Source: Hydrolagus affinis (taxonomy: Eukaryota). Taken from it: a stretch of 64,000 nt of DNA. Under the pieces are notes generated by a model, which had not been told where the DNA came from, searched no databases, and worked only from the letters and a program-made list of their open reading frames with translations. The translations under genes and the position numbers were made by a program. This document shows positions 1-11,600 of this stretch, piece after piece. The stretch lies in contig JAAILG010000022.1 in NCBI GenBank assembly GCA_012026655.1, positions 124,001 to 188,000 of the forward strand. The letters are read 5' to 3'. Each line of letters opens with the position of its first letter. The first letter of the stretch is position 1.

Positions 1-288
1 AATGCAGAAGTAGATGGAAATTCAAACACAATAGTTATATTAATTTTAGCTACAATGTAATTAACCAGTGGGGTCATTAAAAGAAGATCAATGAAAGCAA
101 CATACATATGTTAGCTCTCATCTCCATCTGTCACTTTCAAGTATTAATATAATTGTAAATAAGAACAGTCAGGGTTTTTATCTAATTTATTTGGCATATA
201 TTTCAACTGCAATATTATTCACCAATATTTTTCTTCCCTGCGCATCTCGGGGGATTTAATCGGATTCAATTTTTTGCACTATACTTAC

Positions 289-362
289 CAACAACACCGA
301 GTGCCATGTACCCAAGGATCACAATAATAAATAGTACAAAGCAAAGGACGTCGGTACAACGC
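289..362 (-). CDS. SLC44A5: SLC44/CTL choline transporter-like gene, coding exon 3 (74 nt, phase 2 to 1), start of TM1; paralog most likely SLC44A5
   Basis: Minus strand reads ccattctctctttctag|G CGT TGT ACC GAC GTC CTT TGC TTT GTA CTA TTT ATT ATT GTG ATC CTT GGG TAC ATG GCA CTC GGT GTT GTT G|gtaagt = (R)RCTDVLCFVLFIIVILGYMALGVV. This matches the CTL 'R-x-CTD-xx-C' motif plus TM1. Family call is firm; paralog (A5 vs A2/A4) is inferred from the DVLC...LG.V residues and long introns. Confidence 0.92.
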
Positions 363-959
363 CTAGAAAGAGAGAATGGGTGCAATTAACACAAGCGAAT
401 CAGTTTGTTTGAAATGTTACTCATTTAGCATTGAGCAATTATATTGTGAGGTTGTGGAAAAGTTATCTTGAAACAGATGCTGTATTTCTATAGTTACTGT
501 GCAATGTCCAAATCAAATCCTTTTGCAGAAATTAATAATATTCAGCCTTGCATGTTTGTATGAGATGAACTGCAAATATTAAACTCCAAGCCATTGAAAA
601 GAGTCAACCAACAAATGTTGAACTAAAATAAATGGTATCAAAAACGAGTGAAAATATTGTACAAAATTATAAATACTTTCAAAAACCTTTTTGAGGATAA
701 ATCCTTTCTGTAATCACAGGTGAGAAATCATCTCGACTGAGTCCTACCTGTAATAAAAGTCAATTTACTAGACCACAACCTTGTTATGTGCCAAATTTAA
801 TTCAAAATGGGCCCAACATTTGACAGAATCAAAATATGAAACAACTCCAAGTACAGTACTTTAAAATGCCTTAGACAAGACTTGTGAGCATTTCAATGGG
901 GAAAAAAATAAGTAAAAGCTACAGATCCATTAGTAGGAGTTTGTTATTTACTACTTGTA

Positions 960-2110
960 TCAATAAGGTCTGTTATCTGGGCCAGTCTTCCAATTCTCCC
1001 TGACAGTTGTTAGATGTATTCATCCTAAGTGTGAAATGTTGAATAACCTAATATATTTTTTCACAAATCAACACTTCCACATAGAGGCTGAGCTGGTGTT
1101 GACGACAAGCAATCTTCATCCCTATCAATCTCTTTTCACTTCAGCATCTTTCTCACCAGCAAAGCACATTAACAGATGTTGACATCAGCCATAGCCTCAA
1201 CACACAGCAGTTATTTCCATAGACTTCTCTGCATTTTCCAATACAGCAGTGTTTTTTTTTATATCAGTTATAAGTACAAAACATTTTGCGTTTCACTGTA
1301 ACTCGAGGAGCATGTAAATTGTTTGAAAAAGATTGATCTATTTTGGGCCAGACATGATCCTGTTCATTCACTTCCATCACCAAGAGGACTAATAACTTGA
1401 CCCACCATTCTACTCCTGTAGTGTTTCACTAACACTTGATTGAATAACACCAATATGTTTGTAAGTTTAAAAACAAAATCGTTTTTCCATTTTTCCAGAG
1501 TACAATCCTGATATTCTGTGCAGCCGTAAAATGACTAGAATTTTTGCCCGTCTCTTTCTTGCCTTGTGCCAAGACGAATCCACTCAGCAAATATAACTGA
1601 GGTCATCCAAGCAATATAATTTGCTTCACAGTGAAGTCGGTTAAGTTAAGATTGACTCCATGGGAACAGCACGGCCTGTTACTCTTGCCAATAATATGCA
1701 ACTTCATCTTATATGTGCTTGTCATTAGCACATAACCGAAGTCTGCATTCCTTTCCTTCAGTTCCAAAAACTCAGAGTTACACTGCTCCTTAAAATGAGA
1801 TTTATATTGATTGTAACTGCATTAAAAATTCCCGGACTTGATCACCATTTTACAAGTCGGACAGACGATCAAAATGAGATGCACATTAACAGCATCTGCC
1901 TTTTTTTTTCTTCCACATACTCCACTCTAATACAATAGTACGTCTCTGCCACCACTGATATCACTGCGTGTAGAACACCCATACCTCAGCAAGCGCTTTG
2001 AATTTTGTCTTCAGCATGTGTCCAGTTGCATTGAAGTACATTTTCCATATTACATGACTTCCTGCTGATATTGGAGTCATCGTGAAATTGCAGAGGTTAC
2101 AGCAAAGCGG
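960..2110 (-). mobile_element. Decayed Tigger/pogo (CENP-B-like DDE) transposase fossil
   Basis: Frameshifted minus-strand peptides TSTYKMKLHIIGKSNRPCCSHGVN (~1720-1650), ANYIAWMTSVIFAEWI (~1625-1578) and KHYRSRMV (~1430-1405) follow the Tigger DDE_1 motif order 'KLKP.VIGKS..PRCF / AN.KAWMT..IF.EW / K.HYR'. Boundaries approximate. Confidence 0.8.
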
Positions 2111-5100
2111 GTAATGATTTAGAAATAAAAATACGATGTTGTAATCTCTCTAATTTAGACTAAGTCATCTTTACTGCACAATTGAATGTTAATAACCGTT
2201 AGGAGCTGGTATAAGAATTTAGACTGTAACTAATGGCTTCAGCAACAGAAAAAAACCTGAGGCTAAACAAGCAAGATTATTATGCATCGTAATTTAATAC
2301 GGATGGTTTAACTTGGAAATTCTTGAGGAAGCTCATATATCTCTCATTTTCCTAGCAATATGCTTCACCCTGGCGTCTATGTTGAACTGGCAACCATTTT
2401 GTTACTCTCACAGGTTACCAGCGAAAAGAGAAGCAATCAAATCTGCTAGATTTTCTAACCATTCCTGTCTGACTCATTTCATTTTCAATCTAGAAAAGGA
2501 CATGTGTTTTCCTCCTACATATTTCATTCTTCCTTAGTTACCGGACATTAGAAAGATGATATTAATATGAAAATATTGATTTTGTTTTGCATGTAGGTGA
2601 TATGTGCCATGGTGATGCTTTAGTCTAATAACTAAATTTCACGTCACTCTTTCCTCCCCTGATCTCATCTAAATCAGTACCTGCTCTCCTGCATCCTCTG
2701 CAATTTCTCGACGACTGGAATCCTGTTTCAACAGCAGAGACCATTATAATGTACAAGATATATGTTCCCGTTTGTGATTTCAGACTTTAATCTTGTATAA
2801 AAATACTTCATGTACAGCATGACGTGGGACATGTGGTACTAATGTATCTGTTGATGTTATTTACTTTGATCAGGAGAACAAAACCATTGCTTGCAATTAT
2901 TGAACAAAAGTAATGGTAAGACTGTTATCGTTGGCATTAATCTGTGTGGCCTGATGTACCAGGAACAAGTCATCCCAATAACTTCTTTAACCAGTGTGTT
3001 CCCATCCTTCTCTGTAAAGCCTTTTAATTGGTCTTTCAAGTTTGAAAATTGCTTGAAAGTGCTACATAGGAGCAACTTGTTTTGTGAGTCAGCAATATAC
3101 AAAATTCCAACCAATTTGCATCTAACAGTTGATGTTATTTAACTTACTTTTTATTTATAATTAAATATTGTAGTCTTTAATATAACTTTTCCATTTATAC
3201 TAGTAGGCTAACATCTCGACACTATTACTATCCTTGCTTATAATGTATGGAATGATGTGAGCTTTTGCATTATAAAGTAAATGAGATTTGTGGTTACCCA
3301 CATTTAATTTTTTTTTGTTTCAAAAGCATGTAGTCATAACAGCAGTGAATGTGATTGAATTGCTAGCTCTGAAAGTTCTTCTTGTATGGTCACACCTCAT
3401 TGACAATAATTTCCAGGCATAATTTCTTGTCTTATTTGACTAGCTAAATTATCCAGCATCATATAATGATCTTTGCTGAATCAATTCTTCTATTGTATTT
3501 TAAATTTTACAGAAACCAAAACAGCATAGGCTTTAAGAAAAAGAAGAAAATTGATCTGTAATAAATCTTTTCTATCTGGATGGTGTCACTTTTTTGAGAT
3601 AAATGAAACCGTCGAGTAAAACCTGATGGGATAATATAATAATTCCACAAAACCATCTGAGCAGGCAGAAGCTTATTTAAGAGACCTTCACGAAAAAAAA
3701 TCTAACTTAAAATGCTACAACTTAATATTAAAAGTCAGCTTCTTACTCTGGTTAGTGGTATGTGGAATATTTGTGACAGACTCCACTCCAAATTGTGCTG
3801 GCAAGATCGCAAAAATTGCCATGGGGATAATGGCCAATTAATCAGGAAGTGTGTTGGCCAGGACACTGACGGAAATTACATTTTCTTTTGTAACAGTGTT
3901 ATGGTATCACTATCTGAAAATAAGCACACATGACCCTGGTTCAATACCTCAGGCACATACTGTACCTCAATATAGGAAAAAAGGCTTAGTTCCTTCAATG
4001 TTCACTGCAACTCAAATATACAATATTGTACGGATGCCTTAACCTAATATTGAAAAAATCATATAGCTCAATATAAAGTAACTTTGTAACAACATACTTG
4101 TTTTTTTATATAAAAAAAAGGACCAGATGACTATTCTGTTTTCTATGAGAGTAAATAGAATGTGATTCACAGTGAGTGGGTGGGAATTAAACATAGATGA
4201 TAGGTTTTAACCTCATAAAGAGAATTCAAATAAATTCAGACCATGGAATCTGATCAATTCAGTGCTTTTCCAAATCTTGTGCATCTTTGCTTTTTGCCAA
4301 AGCACATCAATATGATGATATCAACTCATGTGAAAACCACATGCTAGCGAATAACTTTTTTTTTTACCTTGTTAGTATTAGAACAATAAAAATGGTGCAG
4401 AATGTTGCAGAATACTTTGTGCGCCCATCCCTCAATACAAGTTGGACACCTGGTCAATATAAACCAAAATCCTGCAAGTAACCAATGTTTGAGGTTGCTC
4501 CTGTGTTGATGTAAAACCTTTTAATGCAACAGAGAACAAACTTGTTTGTGTGATCTGAATCAGATCATTTGCAATTTGGACACTTTCAAATGTAGGAGCA
4601 CACACTTCAATTCAAACTAGTTTACAATGAAGCAAGGTTCATGTTTCAAAGAAAAAAGTAAGTCAGCAAAATTCAGATTAATTAATATTGTATCTTTTGA
4701 TTCTTTTGATCCCGGTTTTATCTACTGTAATTCTGATAAATACAAGAAAAGTTCCCACAAACTGTCTTCAAAATTGAATAATATTTTTTATTAAACCTTT
4801 TCCATTTTCTTCACCTTTTTTGCATTTAGGAGGCATGTTTAATTCCATGCTTTGCTATCTGTATTGTTAATTTGGCCATTAATAGGAAGAAACCTTAAAA
4901 TCAAGCAAAAATTCTACCCTGTATTGAGTGATAACAGTACTTGATTCACAATTATTAAGTATGCGCTCAGCTTTCAAACAGATAAAATTGAGTCATTTAA
5001 ACAATCTACAAATAACAATGAAGATGAAAATTGTTGTCAAAGCTCAGTGAGTAATATGCATGGGTACAGTATGTGGGCATCCAGTATCTGCCACGACTGT

Positions 5101-5683
5101 CCTTGCTTCATTTTAACTGTAGCCTGCAGTCACTTGAAACACAAATTAACTAAAGCTACTGTAGTTCCCTTGGGATCTCTTCTACTCTCCAATCATTCAC
5201 TGAAGTGACTGGAGGGATGTTTCCTTTTGAGCATTGATATTGTCTGTTAGATAATGGCAGAGCACCTCTATTGCATTTAGGTCTGATGATGATGATGTGG
5301 TTCATCACGCATTTCTGAAATGTTGAGGTCGTGTGAAACTGATCATCTGAAATGTTAATAAGAGCAGATAACATAATCCAAATCATTCTGTTAAAGCTAT
5401 CACAACTCCACTTGTACAACATGTTACTCCGTATGCCCTTTATTTTGTAGTGTAATTCTAAAAGATGATTGCCAATATTTTTGCTGGAAGGTTGCATGTC
5501 ACACTGAGATACGATTTGACATTATCCACTACTCACAGAACAATTTGGGGGTTCAAATAAGAAAGCATAAGTAGTAGTAATCTTACTGTGTTGTTTTTCT
5601 AATACTCGCATGTTTTGAAATCATGAAACTCCAGAGCCGTTCTTGGAGTGTGCCTATAAATATGGAGTCATCAGCAAATGATC

Positions 5684-5978
5684 ATAATAATCCTTGCTTT
5701 TGATATCTTCTAGAAGTCTCAAAGCGCTTCACGGAATATGCTGTAAAGTGAACTGATTGTATATTTGTGGGTGAATCGCGGCAGCCAATTGCGCACAGCA
5801 GTGCCCCACAAACAGTCATGGATTGAAATAACGAATCTATTATTGTGCTTTTCAAGGGATTACTATTAGGCATCTGGAATATATTCAGGAAACTTGCCCA
5901 AGGTTTCACCTTTCCCGGAATTGAACCCAGGTCTCTCGCTTGCAAGGCAAGTGCTCTAACCACCGAGCTACAGGACTC
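5684..5978 (-). mobile_element. Near full-length tRNA-derived SINE (dominant family A: tRNA head, partial Deu-like body, L2-type tail ending in (ATT)n)
   Basis: A box TAGCTCGGTGG, B box GGTTCAATTCC, body CACTGCTGTGCGCAATTGGCTGCCGCG and tail AAGCGCTTTGAGAC...GCAAGGATTATTAT, shared with ~20 other copies in the window. Confidence 0.9.
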
Positions 5979-5988
5979 TAGATACAAA

Positions 5989-6096
5989 GGAGAGAGGTGT
6001 ACCAGGTGATGAGATATAGGGACTTGGAGACGATCGGATATAGGGACTTCTCAGGGAGAGAAGTGTGCCAGGTGATAGGATATAGGGACTTGGAGA
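5989..6096 (+). repeat. Local imperfect tandem duplication (~42-bp unit twice, GATATAGGGACTT three times)
   Basis: ggagagaggtgtaccaggtgatgagatatagggacttggaga recurs ~66 bp later as ggagagaagtgtgccaggtgataggatatagggacttggaga. Confidence 0.8.
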
Positions 6097-6159
6097 ACCT
6101 GGGTGAATCATTGTGTTGAGTTGGTGTGAGATAGGAACCCTGAATGATTCCAGTCCTAG

Positions 6160-6392
6160 GGTTAGATGGGGGAGAAGGACCTCAAAGTTCCAGCTACTGA
6201 TTTCTACCTATAAAATATTGTTGAAAATAACCTGAATTTGGATTTTAGTCAGTAACCAGACTCAGGTGTGATGGTCAAATACTCACTTTTCAAGGATATA
6301 TACGGACAGCAACTTTTGTGAGGTACCAGAGGATTATTGCATCCACTGAATGTATCCAAAGTGAATTGTTGCTGTCTCACGGGAAAGGGGAG
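6160..6392 (+). mobile_element. Old SINE-like fragment (recalled resemblance to AmnSINE2)
   Basis: Motifs ggtgtgatg..actcactt..gtgaggtaccagagg..gaaaggggag. Related reverse-oriented pieces at ~10930-11095 and ~47370-47445. Family name is from memory only. Confidence 0.35.
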
Positions 6393-6697
6393 TGAAGAGA
6401 TATTTTGTCATCCTTCTGAGGTTATTCTATATTTGCTTGTATGATCTTAGTGTACTTTAGTCCTCTTTGGTAATCGCTCTGTCTCAGAATTTAAAAGAAA
6501 GTGAGTACGGTGAAAGTCGTATTAAAGGAGAATCAATATTTACCATTATAGCAGTAATTATAGATGACATGCTATTAAATCACTATAAATATCATACTCT
6601 AATCCCATAGTCATCTTCGATACTGAGTCCCATAAATCTAAACTCTAAATGGTCAAGCACATTGATTGCTTTGCAGAAAATGGGATAACATTTGTAA

Positions 6698-6895
6698 TGT
6701 AAAGTGAATTGACTGTACCTTTGTGGGCAAAACGCAGCAGTGAATTGCCACAGCAGTGTGACACAAACAGTGGTGGACTGAAGTGACCAATGCATTATTG
6801 TTTTTTTTTCCACAAAATATTATTATCAGGCACATGGAGTAAGGAATGAAACCCAGGTTGTGAGGCGAGTGCTCTAATCACTGAGCTACCGGACT
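6698..6895 (-). mobile_element. SINE family A copy (head and body, tail missing)
   Basis: gtaaagtgaattgactgt...cacagcagtgt...gtgctctaatcactgagctac matches family A in reverse. Confidence 0.85.
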
Positions 6896-8055
6896 GCGTC
6901 CCGAACTACCTATGTACTGTATCCCATAATGCTAAAGGAAAACTATCCCATTTAAAGAAATTAAAGCCTCAAATGTATTGTTGATATTCTGATTTTTTTA
7001 GATTAAAATTGCATTGTTGAAATTAAGGTGTTTGGATTCTTGATTTCTCTCACAAGACACCATACACATGTAATTTTGTTGTTTTTGTTGTCCACAATCC
7101 ATGAGAAGCAATATCTGATATCAAGCCATCCATTATCTTGTAAGATATTACTTTATTCAATTTTGAAAACAGTCATTTCAACCTAATTGCATTAAACCTT
7201 GGTGTTTTAGGTTTAATTCAATTTGGGCATAAATGTGCAGTTATCAGCAAGACTATCTAATTACTGTAGTACCAACATCTCCTGAACACACTTTAGGTGG
7301 TATACAGCATGGAATCTATTCGGCAATCTCAATTGTTTACTTAATGCTTTCTTGTGAGAGCATCTAATTTTGGTTTCATGAACCCCTGCTAACCCCCACT
7401 CTCTGGAACTGATTTACACTCCAGATTTGCGATGTTCTACTGATAAATGTCAAACCTTTGTACCCATATCCACCTATCCATCTGTTGCATTCATACAGTG
7501 TCAATGCATGATAACAGGATGGTTGAACTGAGAAAGTATGAAGTCTTCCATCTGCTTTAGCCTGATCATTGGGATTCATGTATACTAGATGCCAGCCTGG
7601 TTTGTTTGGTTGCACTCTCATCGCCTGGTGTGAGAATAGTGTTAAAACCCCACAATGGCAATGAAGCTACAAGTCTGCTGAAGTGATGGTTCGACTCTCC
7701 ACTGCTGGAAGGAAGCGCTCCCTTCCAATGGTTGTTCTAACCTTTGCGTGCAATGTTAAACCTGTTTTCCTGTTGAATAATTTATAAATAGTATTACGGG
7801 ATGTTGAAGATCCCTTTGCACTAATTGTAGAAAAAAGATTTATTTGAATGTTCTGGCCATCAATCCAACTAGTCACTACACTTCACAACAATTAACTGTG
7901 AAGTGCTTTGAGATTTGTAGATCTTCTATTAATCCTATTTATGGGGTGTTGTTATTATTATGGGTTCACACAGAATCTAGATTGAAGAATGAATTCTAAA
8001 CAGACTGGATTTGTGCAGCGTGCATGTCAATTAAGAAATCGAACTGATTAAAAAT

Positions 8056-8105
8056 CCTTGGGACGTCCTCCCACCATGAAAGGCACCATACAAATGTAAT
8101 TTTGT
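8056..8105 (+). mobile_element. Isolated L2-type 3' tail (family B)
   Basis: ccttgggacgtcctcccaccatgaaaggcaccatacaaatgtaattttgt; same tail class ends the L2 fragment at ~49125-49183. Confidence 0.75.
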
Positions 8106-8617
8106 AAGGTATTGATTATAATCTAACTCTAAAATGTTTAAGATGATTTTTATTATGTTTATAATCTTATCTTTCTTACAAAATTTGCAGATTTTTATAA
8201 TATCTATAATCTTACAAAATCATCACATTCATGAAGCACTGAACGTGAAAAAAAACTTGTGATTACGAGTTGGTTTATTCTTTTAAGATGTATTTCGCTC
8301 ATTGTGATTAATTATTTGTGCTCTTGCACACTGAATGCCATCCTAACTAATTTGTCTTCCAGCAATTGTACTGATCATCAATATGAAATTTCAGATTCTC
8401 TCATTGGCTAAGGTCATGTTTGATCTGATTACTTCGATTGAGTCGGGGTCGAGTCCATCTGTGGATCAATAAAGGATTAAGAACTCCAATAATCCTCTCC
8501 CCTCAGCACATGTACATTGATGCATGACACAGATAGTGGTGGAGGCCACGTTTAGTGTGGTTTACAAGTCATTAGTATACAACCCATACATCATAGAGAC
8601 TGGCTTTTATTTTTTGG

Positions 8618-8673
8618 GGGGACGTCCTCCCGGCATGAAAACTGTTATACAAATGTAATTTTTGTTGTTGTTG
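8618..8673 (+). mobile_element. Isolated L2-type 3' tail (family B)
   Basis: gggacgtcctcccggcatgaaa...atacaaatgtaatttttgttgttgttg. Confidence 0.75.
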
Positions 8674-11600
8674 TCATCACCAAGAACAATAGGAAATGAG
8701 TCCAACCATGTGTGTGTAAATTAATTACCTATTGAAATTTGCTCTATAAAATTACCAAAAGTTATAGAATTTATAATTTTTACCGTTTACTTTATGTCTG
8801 GGATTTAACACCCCTCTGACTTCTGGGATAATAGGTCTCCCTATAGTGTTTTGCTTCAGTACCATGTTTTGTTTAAAACATGCTAGCTTTTTAGAAATAA
8901 TAAAATTGTAATCACCAGAAGATGTTTTGTTTTAGTGTGAGAAATATTTTTAGGCTTCTGTCTGACAAAGAGTGAAATAAATAGGGTTCTCTCTGATCCT
9001 GATTTGTGATTTTAAAATATATACATACTGTTTTTTTCCCCCTGTACCCTATTACTCAATGTGAGTATCATGTACCAAATATGGCTACATAATATGTAAG
9101 GCTTCACACTATGCAGTATTGGAGCAGCACTTCAGATAGATGTGGCTCTACCTTCCCCTGAGGTTGCTGAGGCTGCAGAATCTGTTTGTCCTGAGGTACA
9201 GAAAGCACTGAGCTTGCAGCAGCAAAATAACAGTTTCAAAGTCACAAATTCCAATCCTGTATTATGTTGGGAGTCATTGTTTGAGAGAGCATCTCTGCAG
9301 AATCAGTTAAATGCTTCCCACATTGCTGGCTCAGCAGCCAGGCAGCCAACCAGAGAACATGGGTCGAAATTACACCTCTTGGGCATGTTAGTCAGTGGTT
9401 CTGGAGAGGTGATACAATACAGTGTAATTTGCACTTGTTTACTGCCTTTCAGAGGAAGTCCCAAAGAGCTTAACAATTATGACTAGGCACTGGAGCTGAG
9501 CGGGTGAGAAGGGGATGACTGAAAGCAAGGACAAAGAAGTTTGTTTTGAGGCATCTCTGAAAGAGGAGAGGGGAGATGTCACCTTCTCACTTACCTTGCA
9601 CTGCTACTGCCTGAGACAAGGCTGCTATTTATGTAACTTAGAATACAGCATAAATTGCCTCAATAGTGTGCCTTAAAGCTGACCTCAGAATCACATTTAC
9701 TTGTGCATCATTTCCATTTCTGCTTTTACACCAGCCTTTCTCAATGTGGCTGACTAGCTAATGGGGAATTATAGATGATGTTTTGCTGTGTCGTCACATT
9801 CACCTAGAACTAAATTGAAACTCAAACTTAGTTTAGTTAGAATCCTGTCATCCATCGAAGAGAAAAGCCTTCATCCTGTCAGTGTGGGTTCTGGATTTGA
9901 ATTCAAAGTGAAATATGAGGTGGAAATATAGCATTCTAACTCTTGTTTATTTGGTCTCATTCTTAATTGGATTGAAATAAGAAACTTATATTGAAGAACA
10001 AATTATAAACGGACTGGGTTTGTGCAGAGATCATGTCAATTAAAACTCCCTCTCTTTACAAATTCAGGCAAGTTTATTCTGAAATGATGAAAGCAATTCC
10101 AATTAAGTATGTGCCTCTGTAGTGCACTGTGGATGCTGCTGATGTACAAAACGTAGCTGTTGATTTATGGTGAGTTCGGTTTACAGCAGTGCTGACAATG
10201 GAATTGTTGTAAACTACACTTGGTGGTGCGGACACACCTGGTAAAATTTACATTCTGTTGTACTCATCACAGTCTGTTAACAGGACAAAATGTTGTTTTG
10301 AGTACAAATCCGTAGCTATTACACTTAACAGCACATCTTGTGACGCACTTTGAAACATTTCCTTGGCTCGAAAGGCACTTTGTCGAATGCAAGTGTTTAT
10401 TCTAATTTTTGTTATAGAAAAGGTACAGGAAAATGAGGGGCAGAAGATGTGAAGGCACCTGGCGAAGAGGCACTGCTCGCATGCAATTATTCTGCCTTTT
10501 CCCCGTTTCTACGTGAAAGCAATGGGTGACATCAAGTAAGTTCCTTGATGGCATCAAGCCTGTTACACACTTGTGAAAGAGAATGTGACTAGCCCTGGCA
10601 GCACTTTGAACAAAAGGCATCAGCAGCTGGAAGAACTACACTTAATTTTTCACACTTCTTGTTTTCACCGTAGAGAGAAGCAAAGTGTGCCATTGGCAAT
10701 GCCGATGTGTAATTTGGATTGGGAATTATGATAGAGTCAATCATTTCAGACCTAGCAATTCAGAATCTCTACATTTCCCTCGTGTGATAGAAAAATCTTG
10801 GGCACCGCAAAATGTTCTTTGCAGAAGATGAGATTTTGTGGCAATATAATGAACTACTCACTATTTTCCTTCCTGTCTTGGTGGCTGTAGTGATTTTGTT
10901 TTTCGGTATGATTCCATTGTGTGCTTGAAGATACTGGCTGACCTCCAGTATCTTCAAGCACACAATGAGTGACAGCTGTCTATCCAAGAGATGGGCCATC
11001 AGAGCAGAGACCAGTCTCGCAAATCATGTACCAGGAAGAGTGACTGGATAGCTATGAGGAATGGAAAGTCTGAACAAGCTTTTCCTTCCCTCCAACCCCC
11101 CATTGCCCCCCCACCCCACCCCACCCTCAACCCGCCAATGATGAACTCAGCATCTGTATGACTGCTTCACTTTAGACTCTAAGGAGCTAGGTTGCATGTG
11201 TTCTAAGGAAATGTAATGAGACAGAAAAGAAATTTGGAATTAGTGTACTCCATTGAAGGCTTGACAATTTCTATGAAGTTTCTAATTCAAAAACTTCTTA
11301 GTCTTGGGGGAAAAAAGTGCTTTATTGAAGTGATCTAAACAATACATTTTATTTGATTAGCCAAAAGCATATTTTTCAGTAAGGTACATTTAATGAGGCA
11401 ATATGTTAATAAGACTTGAGCTGCACATAGTCTGCGGTTAATCCTGTGGGTATTTTCCGCTGGGAATCTATGATGCAAATAATTGTGAATACCCCTGATG
11501 TATTCAGCAACAACAAAATTACATTTGTAAAGTGCCTTTCAGGAGGCAGTATTGGGACCCTGAACTGACAAAGATCTTTTATGCAGGTGGCATGTTGCCT

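Noticed and set aside
5050-5497. RTE-like LINE remnant (WRVEEIPRELQ, MKQG) / 113-aa ORF
   Set aside because: Motif similarity is too weak to call without a profile search.
5905-5978. tRNA gene (Ala-like TGC loop, A/B boxes); also at 24106, 38260 and ~51880
   Set aside because: These are SINE heads: no proper acceptor stem or T-run terminator, and each runs into the SINE body.
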